A stretch of 62,983 nt of DNA, counting the filler, from Octopus bimaculoides (taxonomy: Eukaryota): the NCBI RefSeq assembly GCF_001194135.2. It is 6 parts of 6 records of this genome, joined end to end, with 100 filler letters (N's around TTAATTAATTAA, not from the genome) between each part and the next. Parts side by side here need not be neighbours in the genome. Positions count along the whole stretch, not along the records: positions 1 to 29,147 come from NC_068995.1; positions 29,248 to 38,918 come from NC_068997.1; 4 more parts are not named here. One strand, written 5' to 3'. Position 1 is the first letter of the stretch, and every line of letters begins with the position of its first letter. Shown one piece after another: positions 23,290-36,566 of the stretch. The notes under the pieces were generated by a model. That model saw nothing but the letters and a program-made list of their open reading frames with translations, did not search any database and was not told the origin of the DNA. Both the position numbers and the translations under genes were made by a program.

Positions 23290-23869
23290 TAGTACAACAT
23301 TATTGTAGGCAGCTGGGCACAATATAAACCATATTGCTATATATATCTAAAACAAGAATAGAGTTTCAAAGAATCAAACAGCTCTCTGTGCAAGCAATCC
23401 ACCTGGTGACATGAGATGTTCAGATGCGTACTTCGTTCGTTATAAAATTTATGGTTGTGTACACACACACGCACACATTACAGATAGAAAGGCAGATAGA
23501 CAGACAGACAAATAGATAGATAAATTGATAGATAATTACTTTCTTTCGTCATTCATATTTAAAAAAAATCTCCTCTATAAAGAAGGAAAATCCTCAACTA
23601 CAAAGCTGTTTTGCAATTTAGATAATGAAGTATATTTCCACGCACAAACCAAATCTGAGAAATATCTTGAGTATTTTCATAGTCTCACTTACATATTATA
23701 TTCACAGAGACACGAACTAAGTATCTTTTGTGGCTCACTCGAACTTTGCAACGTTATTTGCTCAAGTTTACGGAAACACACAGACATACGCATGCGCACA
23801 CGCACACACGCACAAACACGCGCGTTTTCACACACAGAGGCATGCATACACACACACACACACACACAC

Positions 23870-23916
<47 letters not shown>

Positions 23917-24097
23917 AATATATATATGCAGACACATATATATATATATATACATAAATACATGCATATATATGTAAACATATATATACATATATATATA
24001 TACATACATATACATATTATATATATATATACACATATATATATACATGCATATATATATACACATACATGTATATGTACATACATACACATATTCA

Positions 24098-24205
<108 letters not shown>

Positions 24206-24381
24206 NNNNNNNNNNNNNNNNNNNNNNNNNNNNNNNNNNNNNNNNNNNNNNNNNNNNNNNNNNNNNNNNNNNNNNNNNNNNNNNNNNNNNNNNNNNNNNN
24301 NNNNNNNNNNNNNNNNNNNNNNNNNNNNNNNNNNNNNNNNNNNNNNNNNNNNNNNNNNNNNNNNNNNNNNNNNNNNNNNNN

Positions 24382-24417
<36 letters not shown>

Positions 24418-25119
24418 TGAGTGTATATATGGATGGATGTACGATCTATGTATGAATGTTTATACGCATGAATGTATACATAGAAGCATTTAAAAGCATA
24501 TATTTAGACATGGATGAATGTGTGTATGAAGATATCTACTTGAATATATATTCATACATATATATATGTATATGCATATATACAGGCACATATATATATA
24601 TATTCACATACATTACATACATACATACATATCATACATACATATATAGATTCATACATTCGTACATATATACATGCATACATAGATACATGCATACATA
24701 CATTCGTACATGTAGCATACGTCTGTGCATGATAGGATATGTGTAGGAGAATACATTACTATACCAAGGTCATTTTAAAGAACATAAATAAAAAAAAAGA
24801 AAGTTTAATTGGAAAACGTTTTTTGTCTTCTTCTGCTGATCATGGTTTTGTAAGTGGATGGGAAGGGATGGAAGGGAAGGAGAGAACAAGAAAGAAAGTG
24901 ACCGGGGGTGGGAGAGAAATTGAGAGAACGAAAGAGGGAACACGAATGAGAGAGTGACAAGCAGAGAAAGAATATGAATTGCGCAGATCGAATTCGAACA
25001 TCACATTGTACACACATTTAGAGACAGCCACATTCATACACTAAATATACGACCAAAAATAAATCCATGGTACATCATGATTAAGGGGCATGCAAGAGGA
25101 AGTGAGAGAAAGAGAAGCA

Positions 25120-25497
25120 TATTTACGTACATACATAAATACATACATACATACATACATAAGTACATACATACAAACATAAATACATACATAGATACAT
25201 AGATATACATATACATATATACATAAATAAATATATACATAAATGCATGCATAGATACATAGATGTACACATACATATATACATATATACATACATACAT
25301 GCGTACATACATAAATACATACATCTATACATACATACATACATGCATACATACATACACAGATATATATACATACATAAATACATTAATACATACATCT
25401 ATACATACATACATGCATGCATGCATACATACGTACATGGATGCATGGATACATGCGTACATACATACATTCATACATACATGCTTTCGAAACTTAC

Positions 25498-25543
<46 letters not shown>

Positions 25544-25550
25544 GTATAGA
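25120..25550. repeat. Degenerate (TACA)n/(TA)n array
   Basis: Direct reading; explains the many MYVC/YIHT ORFs. Confidence 0.9.
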
Positions 25551-25879
25551 TATGTATGTATTGCGTGCTACATACATAAGTTCATACATATAGACGTGAA
25601 TGCTGTAAGACAGTAAAAATGCAAACAAAACAGACAAATAGAGAGAAATCTGAGGAAAAGATAGAGAAATTGGGGATTTTTGTTTGAAAATGAGAGCAAA
25701 ATATAGTCGTTGATTCACGGACAAATATGGAATGATAGAAGGGAAAACAGGGAAAGAGCACTGACAGACGAAGAAAGGAAGAAAGACAAAAAGAGTGAAT
25801 TAGAAGAAGAGTGAAAGACAACACATAGTGAATGACAAAGATTAAATGATAGTGAGTGCTATATTTTAGATACGACACA

Positions 25880-26345
25880 TTGTGATGTATGTATAGCTGA
25901 AATGAGAAAAAGAGAGAATGAAAGAGGGACTGATGAGGAGAGAGTGGGGGAGAGGGAAGGAAGAAGAAAGAATGAGTAAGTTTCTGTCGGAAAGAGAAAA
26001 GGATGTTAAAGGAAAAGAAAGAAATGAATTAAAAGTGAGAGAGTGTATAGAGAGGGTATGTAAGAAAAATATGGAAGAATAGATGACAGAGAATAATAGA
26101 ACGGAAGAAGGAAGAAGAAAAAAAGGAAAAAATGAGAAAGAAATAGGACAAGAAGGGGAAGGAAAGGAACGAAAGAGGAAGAAGAAATATTATAATAATA
26201 GAAATAAAGAAAATAAGGAAAACAATAAGGACGGTAGATAGGAAAAGGATGAAGAAGTAGAGAACGAAGTAGAGGCGAAGAAGTGATACGAAAAAAAAAA
26301 GAAAAAAGGTAGAAGATTAAATAGAAGAAAACTGTAGCAAATGAA
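25880..26345. repeat. Purine-rich low-complexity tract
   Basis: Strongly A/G-biased + strand over ~460 bp. Confidence 0.8.
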
Positions 26346-26471
26346 ATTAGACAAAGAAAAATGTAGTGTCAGTGTCCATCTTAATTAGTAAAAATAATAA
26401 ATAAACAACCATCAAATCCATAAAAAATAAGGCCATATAACACGGTGCGCGCGCGCGTGTATATATATATT

Positions 26472-26558
<87 letters not shown>

Positions 26559-27329
26559 NNNNNNNNNNNNNNNNNNNNNNNNNNNNNNNNNNNNNNNNNN
26601 NNNNNNNNNNNNNNNNNNNNNNNNNNNNNNNNNNNNNNNNNNNNNNNNNNNNNNNNNNNNNNNNNNNNNNNNNNNNNNNNNNNNNNNNNNNNNNNNNNNN
26701 NNNNNNNNNNNNNNNNNNNNNNNNNNNNNNNNNNNNNNNNNNNNNNNNNNNNNNNNNNNNNNNNNNNNNNNNNNNNNNNNNNNNNNNNNNNNNNNNNNNN
26801 NNNNNNNNNNNNNNNNNNNNNNNNNNNNNNNNNNNNNNNNNNNNNNNNNNNNNNNNNNNNNNNNNNNNNNNNNNNNNNNNNNNNNNNNNNNNNNNNNNNN
26901 NNNNNNNNNNNNNNNNNNNNNNNNNNNNNNNNNNNNNNNNNNNNNNNNNNNNNNNNNNNNNNNNNNNNNNNNNNNNNNNNNNNNNNNNNNNATGTATGTA
27001 TGTATGTATGTATGTATGTATGTATGTATGTATGTATGTGCTGCACACTGGTAGCGTTGCAACTAGCAGTTAAATAACATGCAGCCTGAGTGCACTTGCA
27101 ATCAATTGCAGACAGAGTGGCATCCCATTTGTAATAGTATCAGTTGCATTAGCAAAAGGAAAATTATTCGATGGTGGAAAATCAGGAATTTTTTTTTCTT
27201 CAAGAAATCAATGCATTTCTGGCGATATTTTAGTGGTTGTTGTTGTTGTTGTTGTTGTTGTTATTTTTTTGTCGGTGCCGATGGTGTTGTTATATTTAAA
27301 TGTTGCTCGTATTTTTGTTGTTATTGGTC

Positions 27330-27650
27330 GTTGTGATGCTATGGTGTTATATTTGTTGCTGTAGTTGTTATCATTCTTGTTTCTTTTTGTGCTCTTTGTA
27401 GTTTTGTGATGACTGCTGTTCTTGTTTAGCTCCAATTAAACTCTAATCAAACAGATTAGAATCAAAAGCGTTCCAGCCGTGACTATTCCATTTTTATTTA
27501 TTTATTTCCTTACACAATGTATCGTAGACGACCAATATCCTATATGGCACTTCTTTTTCTTCTTCTTATTTATTGGTCGGGAGTGTTATTGCTTGATACA
27601 AGGGATATATAGCTGCTACTTCAAGCAACGCAACTCGATGGTCTCTTTAG
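27330..27650 (-). mobile_element. Family D repeat, antisense, with (TTG)n tail
   Basis: TTGTTTAGCTCC...GATTAGAATCAAAAGCGTTCCAGCCGTGAC...TATAGCTGCTACTTC parallels 61690-61950. Confidence 0.45.
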
Positions 27651-28470
27651 ATTCTAACCTATTTTTAAAAGCAAGTTTTGCCTCAAATAGAATTCTAATT
27701 GCACAACGAGGACGGATCCCATTGGCCTTGCACGCACTCGGGCATTCCAGACCATCTCTAGTGAGGGAGAGAGCCTGTACACAGTGTCGTGAAACACTCT
27801 GAGGAATTTAGAGATGAAGATGACATGAAAAAGCAATGCAGTTGTGACTGAAACCATTTGATCTCAAGTGTAAACGATGAGAATTGACTTGACCTGGGAT
27901 GGTGCTAACGAACAAGAACAACAACAGTAACTAAGTTGTCTTTGTTCATTAACTCCTTTTAACCAATCACTAATCAACATGTGTTATCCGCCATTTTCTA
28001 CAATCATTAACAGATAATTTGCAGAAATTGATCGATGTATATCATCATTATCATCATCATCATCATCACCAAGTTGATGATGATACTGATGATGGTGATG
28101 GTGATGATGACGATGAGGATGAATATGAAGATGATCAAATTCATGATTATTGTAATGACGATCATCATCATCATAAGTGTTATCTTCACCAACTAACAGC
28201 TCTTTGAGTGTAGGTGGCTGTTCAGAGCATTTAAGAGAATTGTAAATTATCGCCGTAGAGTCTTCTAGTATCCGTAATACCACAGACACTGTGTGTAGTT
28301 TCCCACGACTAATAGTGTAGCATATTTAATTCTAAGTGAACGAGGAAGAAGAATCGACTCCAGTACTTGAATAGTACTTTAACTATCGACGCACGCACAC
28401 ATACATATACTCACTAAAGACACATATATATATGTATGTAGATACAAATATACGTACACGGATACACACA

Positions 28471-28504
<34 letters not shown>

Positions 28505-28564
28505 TGTGTGTCTGTATGTGTGTGTGTGTGTGTGCGTGTATGTGTGTGTGTGTGTGTGTACGAA

Positions 28565-28710
28565 GTCTTTCCTTCAATCGCCGTCCATAAATTAACACCC
28601 CACAAGCCTGCTTCCATTGAAATCCAAGTAAAAGACAACTGCTTAAGACGTCACGAAAGGGGATTGACCATGCAATGGTGTGGCCTTGAAACTCATGTCT
28701 TTACCATAAA
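28565..28710 (-). mobile_element. Degenerate SINE family B head
   Basis: Degenerate reverse complement of the GGTAGACGGAAACTGAAAGAAG / CCTTGGGCAAG head. Confidence 0.4.
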
Positions 28711-29147
28711 ACCAGATCTGCACTAATATAATTGTAATTTCAATATTTCTTACATTTACAGATTCTAGTGTTAAATGCATTACAAAAATGCACATTTCAT
28801 ATTGAATCTTTATAAAATTATGGATTTGACCTTGACATATGATAATGGACCGAATGTGATAGTTATTTCAATTTTTCTTCGTTTGTATTCTTGTAGAAAA
28901 ATGGGCTTCAACATCATATTGGCCAAAAGAGATAATCCTATAAAGTAATATTTATAATGAGAAAAATAGGTGCAGATTTAGTTCGTGTGAGAATGCCAGT
29001 ATATACATATACGTGTATGTGTGTCAGCACATGTATATTTATATAGAGATATGGGTATTTGTATAAATGCGTGTCAGTCGCTTGTTTCTCACCTCAGTGT
29101 CTCAGGCCTTGGGCCTATGCTAAAAGCAATATATATATATATATATA

Positions 29148-29247
29148 NNNNNNNNNNNNNNNNNNNNNNNNNNNNNNNNNNNNNNNNNNNNTTAATTAAT
29201 TAANNNNNNNNNNNNNNNNNNNNNNNNNNNNNNNNNNNNNNNNNNNN
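29148..29247. other. Assembly spacer: 44 N + TTAATTAATTAA + 44 N
   Basis: Exactly 100 bp; palindromic six-frame-stop linker at 29192-29203. Confidence 0.97.
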
Positions 29248-29280
<33 letters not shown>

Positions 29281-29819
29281 CGTAGCAATCGCTCAATAAC
29301 GAGAATGACCATTCCCTTTTAATGAGTTGCAATGTAAATTTGGTCGCTTTATGTTTTTTTTTTCACGTTTTTGAAGCCGTCTGACGATTTGCAGCCTTTA
29401 CCGCACTCATCACATAAATTTCTCTTTCTCTTCAGCTATATGTAACTCCACGTTCTGACATTTGGCCTCGTGTATAAAGATGTGCCTTTGCAAACCACTA
29501 CTAGAAAGATTACATTTGTTATACGTAATCTTCGACGTGTGTTCTTCCGTATGATCTATTGTTAGCTTTCTTTGGTTTAGGTACCTCTGAATGGTTAACA
29601 AGTCCGAACTTCGAAAGACAAATTCGATTTCATGGTGAACATTTTGAAGGATTATTAATTTCTATGAAGTTTCGGAAGCCACATTCTCGACTACCATCCC
29701 AATCATGGCTGCGCTTTATTCGTTTTGTGCTAGCACACTGCACTCACACAAAATGTGATTTATACTCTCGTCTTCTTTTCTGCAGGTTTTACATATGCTG
29801 TCTGGCTGTGTTTTGTTGA

Positions 29820-30212
29820 CAATACTCGCCACTATCTTCACCTTTATGTTTTGAGTTCAAATTCCACCGAGGTCGACTTTGCCTTTCATCCTTTCGGGGT
29901 CAATAAATTCAGTACCAATGAAACACTGGGTTCAATGTGATGGACTTGTCCCACCCTCTCCCCAAAATTTCAATCCTTCTGCCCTTAGTAGAAAGGATTA
30001 TGGCGAGCTGGCAGACACATTAGCACGCCGGGCGAAATGCTTAACGGTATTTCGTCTACCGTTACGTTCTGAGTTCAAATTCCGCCGAGGTCGACTTTGC
30101 CTTCCATCCTTTCGGGGTCGATAAATCAAGTACCAGTTGCGTACTGGAGTCGATCTAATCGACTGGCCCTCTCCCCACAAAATTTCGGGCCTTGTGCCTA
30201 GAGTAGAAAAGA
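29820..30212 (+). mobile_element. Two tandem SINE family A copies with (ATT)n tail
   Basis: Older unit 29820-30000, near-consensus unit 30001-30212 (TGGCGAGCTGGCAG...GTAGAAAAG); (ATT/ATC)n to ~30300. Confidence 0.9.
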
Positions 30213-30245
30213 TTACTATTATTATTATCATCATCATCATCATCA

Positions 30246-30297
<52 letters not shown>

Positions 30298-30711
30298 TGA
30301 TGTTGCTGTTGTTGTTGTTGTTAGGAGGCTGAGTGAATCTTAATACAATAGCAGAAGCCGAATCCGGAAGATGTTTTAGAAATGTCTAATACACTGCATA
30401 ATATTTTTTTAAATAACTTACGTGCTATCACTCCATTGTTAATTCAAATATTACCCAGCTCTTTCTACACAAATAAATCTATTCTACGCCTACATATATC
30501 TTTCGATGCTATTGTTTTCTGAAAACTAGGTAATCCTGGTAATTCTATGCACAGGAATAATTGACAATGTTATTTTGATGCTTCGGACCTCCCATTAGAA
30601 AAGAAACGAATACGCATGAAATTCATACATTTTATATAGGTGTATGTATGTGTGTTTGTGGTGTGTGTGAGAGAGAGAGTGTGTGTGTGAGAGAGAGAGA
30701 GAGAGTGTGTA

Positions 30712-30759
<48 letters not shown>

Positions 30760-30792
30760 TGTGTGTGTGTGTGTGTGTCTGCCTGTGTCTGT

Positions 30793-30821
30793 AGGATTTC
30801 GAAAAGGTTCAGAGAAGTTGA

Positions 30822-30854
<33 letters not shown>

Positions 30855-30890
30855 GTATGTGTCGATTTCTCAGAACCTTTTCGAAATCTT
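30793..30890 (+). ncRNA. Candidate structured RNA hairpin (pre-miRNA/hpRNA-like) or tiny foldback element
   Basis: 30793-30831 pairs with 30852-30890: 32 Watson-Crick, 5 G-U, 2 mismatches by manual pairing; 20-nt (CA)n loop. Confidence 0.4.
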
Positions 30891-31097
30891 CTGTTTTGTT
30901 ACCGATTTCTTTGTCTTTGATTTTCTGCTCATCAAGGAATTCAGCCATTTTCTCTCAGTTTCGAATTTTAGAATTTTCGTTTAATCTTTCCTACCTTCTT
31001 GACAGCAGCTGTATTTAAAAAAAAAATCTTTTATCCGTCGTACTTGTTTTTGTTATACATTATTGCACACGCGTCAATACCATACACGCACACGTAC

Positions 31098-31150
<53 letters not shown>

Positions 31151-31167
31151 TTGATATAGTTATATGT

Positions 31168-31218
<51 letters not shown>

Positions 31219-31254
31219 GTGTATGTGTGTGTGTGTGTATGGATGTATTTGTTA

Positions 31255-31465
31255 TTTGTGTCTGTGTTTGTCCCTCCACCATCGCTTGACAACCGATGCT
31301 GGTGTGTTTACGTCCCCGTAACGTAGCGGTTCGGCAAAAGAGACCGATAGAATAAGTACTAGGCTTACAAAGAATAAATCCTGGGAACGATTTGTTCGAC
31401 TAAAAATGCGGTACTCCAGCATGGCCGCAGTCAAATAACTGAAACAAATAAAAGAATAAAAGAAT
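31255..31465 (+). mobile_element. SINE family B, 3' half
   Basis: CGCTTGACAACCGATGCTGG...GAGACCGATAGAATAAGTACTAGGC...CTCCAGCATGGCCGCAGTC...(TAAAAGA)n; same as 39120-39316. Confidence 0.9.
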
Positions 31466-31914
31466 TCAACAACTATACTGCTATTATCTCTAGAAATGTC
31501 AATGTCTGTCCGAGAGAAAGAAATCCTGGGTGTCCTTTAGTTCTGCAAAAGTAAAGCACGTAGCGCGCCGCCTGGATTGATATTTGAAACAATAAATTAT
31601 CGCCCTTGACCTTGACACTTAAGTTCAGCCATTACAATCTACTCTACACTTTTCAGTCAAACCATTAAATCACCTTAACAACGGTGCCATATTTGGTATT
31701 AAATGTTCTATTCCTCCTCTTCCCCCTTCGTTCCATCTTATTCATTGATTTACTTTTCTTTCTTTTTCTCTAATACATACCTTTGTGTGTTTGTGTGTGT
31801 GTGTGTGTCTTCCATCTCCTCATTTTGTCACTGTCCTCTCGTCTGCTCAATTCTGACGATGATCCTGTTTAGCGCTATTTCGATGTCCTTCACCTTGCTT
31901 AGATTCACCATTGC

Positions 31915-31999
31915 TACTGCTGCTGCTGCTGCCACTACTACTATTGCTAACAGTAGTACTAGTGCTACAACTACTGTTGTTGCTGCTACTGCTACTGTG

Positions 32000-32034
<35 letters not shown>

Positions 32035-32105
32035 CCTTCTACCACCACCACCACTACTACTACTACTATTTCTACCACCACCACCACCACTACTACTACT
32101 ACTAT

Positions 32106-32156
<51 letters not shown>

Positions 32157-32311
32157 CACTACCACCACCACCACCACTACCACCACCACCACCACCACTA
32201 CTACTACTACTACAACTATTTCTGTTACTACCACTACTATTTCTAATACTACCACTACCACCACCACCACTACTACTATCACTGCTACTACTGCTACTAC
32301 TGCTACTACTG

Positions 32312-32342
<31 letters not shown>

Positions 32343-32347
32343 CACAA
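31915..32347. repeat. Compound (CTA)n/(CCA)n/(CTG)n trinucleotide array
   Basis: Direct reading. Confidence 0.92.
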
Positions 32348-33147
32348 CTACTTCGATATTTTACTTCAAATTATCAACGTCTTGCAATAAATGTTTTAAT
32401 ATATAAAAGTTTAGTACAAAATCCGGTTTCATCATCCATCAATCTATTTAGTTAGGCGTCTCAAATATCATCCAGGGTGTAAAAAGGTAAAAGAAAGATT
32501 GATTGACAAATTAGCTTCAAACCTTAAGTGGGTTCAAACTGTGGCTATACGAGAACCAAAATATATTACATTGGTCGAGTTGTGTTTAAAAATATGATAA
32601 CCATTAGCCGATTTGTTAAAAGACAAGACGATTAAAGTTATGGCGTCCAACTGGTATATATCACCCAGCGAAGCATTGCGGTCTTGTTGTGTCGCATACA
32701 ATGATAGATTTGCAGGTTTCCCGTGATAATAGACAGGGGAACATATTCGTCGCTTCCTAAATCTCTGAGTCTGGGATTTGATTTCAACCTTTAGTCTAGA
32801 AATGATAAATTATAGTATCAAATCTCCGAAATTCTAATTAAATCAAAACTTACAAACCAAAAGGAGTGGCAAAAAAATACAAAAATATATATATAAAAAA
32901 AAAGGAGTAAATCTTATAAAACTAAATGGACGAACAAATATAATATTTCCTATGTTGTGTGTATATATTTTCTATACACGCTCAAACATATATGCGTATA
33001 CATACAAGCATACATAAATGTATACATATATATGCATATATACCCACAAATACATACATGCATATATATATCCATATATTTAGGTATAAATATCTATATA
33101 AACGGATACGTATGTATATTTATTTATGTATACTTATACATACATAC

Positions 33148-33195
<48 letters not shown>

Positions 33196-33449
33196 CAAAC
33201 GCCACGTGTTTCTTGTGTTAAACGTGTCACATTGAAGTGTTTTGTTAGCTTGAAAATTACGGTATATTGGTTTACACAACATATCGAGGACTCCAATTAC
33301 TTATGTGCGCCATCCCAAACGTATAAATACGTGCATACACGCATACACACACACATATACGTCTATATATGCACACACACACACACACACTCACACACAC
33401 ACAGACTTATGCACATACATATGTATATAAGATAGACAGATAGATCTTT

Positions 33450-33640
33450 TGTCTTCTACCGTTCGCTGTTTCAATCATTGAACTGTGACCATGTCATTGC
33501 AACGCTTTGAAAGGCATTATTCGAAAATGTCCAGCACAGTGCTTAAAGCTTGGTACGTATTATTTGCCGAGCCACTCGGTTACGGGACGTAAACAAACCA
33601 ACAGCGGTTGATTGCAAGTGGTGGAAACAAACACAATCAC
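33450..33640 (-). mobile_element. Degenerate SINE family B 3' half (antisense)
   Basis: GGTTACGGGACGTAAACAAACCAACAGCGGTTG is a diverged reverse complement of the family B 3' core. Confidence 0.6.
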
Positions 33641-34584
33641 AAAGCAACGCACACATGCATATAATGCATATATATATTCATACACACACACACACATCGA
33701 GGGAGAAAGAGGGGGAGAGACAGAGAGAGTCGAATTACTTCTTTCATTTTAGGACAATGATAGATTTTCCTCAGCAAGATCTACTCAAAAGGCTTTATTC
33801 GGCTCGGTTCTGTGGTGGATAATCATAGTTATAACCATCATTTGTTTAATGTCTTGGGTAAACAATTAATTGGTTGTTTGTTAGCCAAAAGCGTTTGTGA
33901 ACGTTCCAAGACATTAAACAAACGACCGACTTTTTTGTTGATTAGATATGTAACCAATTGACTGACTATAAAGAAGTGATATCGAACCAGCACGTGTTTA
34001 TTATTATTATTGTTGGTGTAATGACCCACCCAATACACAACAAGATTTGTTTCAACGCAGGAATTCACATCAAGAATCTCGCAAACCAAATATTCAAAAG
34101 GAATTTAAAAATCCTTATGTGTGGAACAAAGAGAATGACTGAATCTCGTGACCCCTGTTGAAGACCCCTGTAGAAGGTATGTTAATTGACCTTTATCATT
34201 ATTAAGGATCAGTCCTGAAGTGCGATCTGCGTGAAAGATAACGACCCACGATATCTGGGAATTACAGAGCGTTGTAATTCTTTTCAAATTAGAACGCTGC
34301 CAACTACCTTATCATCATTAGCTCCGTTTATATTTAACGAGATCAAACTAATTAATTATTTTACATTAGTCGTGGGTTTTGTAAAAAAAAAAAATGTGGT
34401 TATTGGTTATTTCATGGAAACAATTCTCAGTGTTTTGTTATTCATTCCAAAATCCAAACTAAGATTTGGTGTTGGGGAGTGGGGGGTATTCTTCGTTCAA
34501 GTATTCCAGGATTTCTCCAAAGTTTTAGAATTTTTTTTTTACATGATATGGTTGAATGGTAGATTCTGAGTTTTGTTCTTGATT

Positions 34585-35310
34585 TTGATGACGATGATGA
34601 TGATGATGGTAATGATGATGACGATGATGATAACGATGACGATGATGATGATGATGTTGGTGATGATGTTGGTGATGATGACGGCGACGACGACCACAAC
34701 AGTGATGATGATGGTGATGATGATGATGGTGGTAGAAGTGGTGGTCACGACAGCGAGGACGACGATTATGGTGATCAGGAATAGGAGAAAAAAAGGGAGT
34801 GGGGTAATGGTTATAGTGGTATCGGTTGTTGTTGTTGTTGTTGTTGTGGTGGTGGTGCTGTTGCTGCTGCTTCTTCTGCTGGCAGTGGTATTGGTGTTTG
34901 GGATAACGAAGACAACGATGAAAACAACAATTCTTCCCTTAGAACAGGACGACGACGACGACGACGATCAGACGATGGCGATCCTCATGATGATGACAAT
35001 GATGACGATGATGATGATGATGAGGAGGATAACGACGATAACAGCGGTGGTGGTTTCGTTGGTTTTGGTAGATTCTGTGAAGACGATGACGTCAGCGATG
35101 ACGTGGACAACGGCCATGCGCCCACGGAAACGATGACGCCAACGTCGATGGTAACAATATCGATCACACTCACGGTCAACATGATGTCGTTTGATGAGGC
35201 CGCTCTAGTTGTCGATGCTGATGATGATTATAATGATGATTATGATGATGATGGCGACGACGACGGAGACTGCGGCGGCGGCGGCGATGACGAAGCCGAC
35301 GATGGTGTCG
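34585..35310. repeat. Degenerate (GAT/GAC/GGT)n trinucleotide region
   Basis: Direct reading; yields poly-Asp/Met/Val frames. Confidence 0.85.
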
Positions 35311-35627
35311 CTGATGGTGAAGATTTCGTGCAGCCCCATGAACGTGGGTGTGTGACATTTCAAGAAAGTTGATGACAAAAATAACGGCAAACAGGGGCTG
35401 TAATATGATGAGGTGCCAGGTTTAGGCAAGGAAGGAGAGGCGGTGGTGGGGTGGGGAGGGGGCTTCCATCTTGATAAGTCAGTAATGTGATGTTTAATTT
35501 CATGTTATTAATACCAAAGATTGTCTGCTGGCGTTTCTTGGGAGTTTTACACACAGCTGCTTGCATCCATGAATGCATTTATGTATGTACGTATGTATGT
35601 ATGGTTGTATGTATGTATGTATGTTTA

Positions 35628-35745
35628 AATCATGGTTGTTCCACTACGTGGTACCTTGGGCAAGTGCCTTTACTATAGTCTCGGGACGACCAAAGCCTTG
35701 TGAGTGGAATTGGTAGACGGAAACTGAAATAAGCCCGTCATGTAT
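35628..35745 (+). mobile_element. SINE family B, 5' part
   Basis: CCACTACGTGGTACCTTGGGCAAGTG...GACCAAAGCCTTGTGAGTGG...GGTAGACGGAAACTGAAA; the CCTTGGGCAAG motif recalls CORE-SINEs. Confidence 0.85.
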
Positions 35746-36174
35746 ATATATATATATNNNNNNNNNNNNNNNNNNNNNNNNNNNNNNNNNNNNNNNNNNN
35801 NNNNNNNNNNNNNNNNNNNNNNNNNNNNNNNNNNNNNNNNNNNNNNNNNNNNNNNNNNNNNNNNNNNNNNNNNNNNNNNNNNNNNNNNNNNNNNNNNNNN
35901 NNNNNNNNNNNNNNNNNNNNNNNNNNNNNNNNNNNNNNNNNNNNNNNNNNNNNNNNNNNNNNNNNNNNNNNNNNNNNNNNNNNNNNNNNNNNNNNNNNNN
36001 NNNNNNNNNNNNNNNNNNNNNNNNNNNNNNNNNNNNNNNNNNNNNNNNNNNNNNNNNNNNNNNNNNNNNNNNNNNNNNNNNNNNNNNNNNNNNNNNNNNN
36101 NNNNNNNNNNNNNNNNNNNNNNNNNNNNNNNNNNNNNNNNNNNNNNNNNNNNNNNNNNNNNNNNNNNNNNNNNN

Positions 36175-36223
<49 letters not shown>

Positions 36224-36240
36224 ATGCATGTATATATAAG

Positions 36241-36560
36241 AAGTAAAGTAAAGGCCTCCTTTAGTCATGGATGACCATAGGACTGCACCTAGAAAGTTCT
36301 CCGCGTTACAAATCCGGGCAAGGTCTTTAATGGAAGACCAGCAGTCACCGTTGCTTACCGGCCTCCCCTGTCCTCTATGCCACTGATGTTATCCAAGGGA
36401 AAGGCAAAGGGGCCGATACAGCTTGGCACCAGTGACATCGTAATTCATTTCTACAGATGAGTGAACTGGAGCAACGTGAAATAAAGTGTCTTGCTCAAGA
36501 ACACAGCACACAGTCCGATTCGGTTGTGAATTCGACGCTCTAATCACTGTATCATGCGCA
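36241..36560 (-). mobile_element. tRNA-headed SINE with RTE-like body and (CTTTA)n tail
   Basis: Head shares GGAGCAACGTG.AATAAAGTGT with 51930-51950; 3' end GGAGGCCTTTACTTTAC on the minus strand. Confidence 0.75.
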
Positions 36561-36566
36561 TATATT

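Noticed and set aside
26447-26470. (GC)n/(GT)n alternating tracts (also ~45860-45897 and ~56725) as Z-DNA elements
   Set aside because: Short and part of ubiquitous microsatellite background.
29410-29601. C2H2-like words SSGLQRHIFIH on the minus strand
   Set aside because: Only one Cys, wrong spacing, no TGEKP linker or neighbouring fingers.
31703-32455. 250-aa ORF rich in T/L/P
   Set aside because: Translation of the (CTA/CCA)n array.
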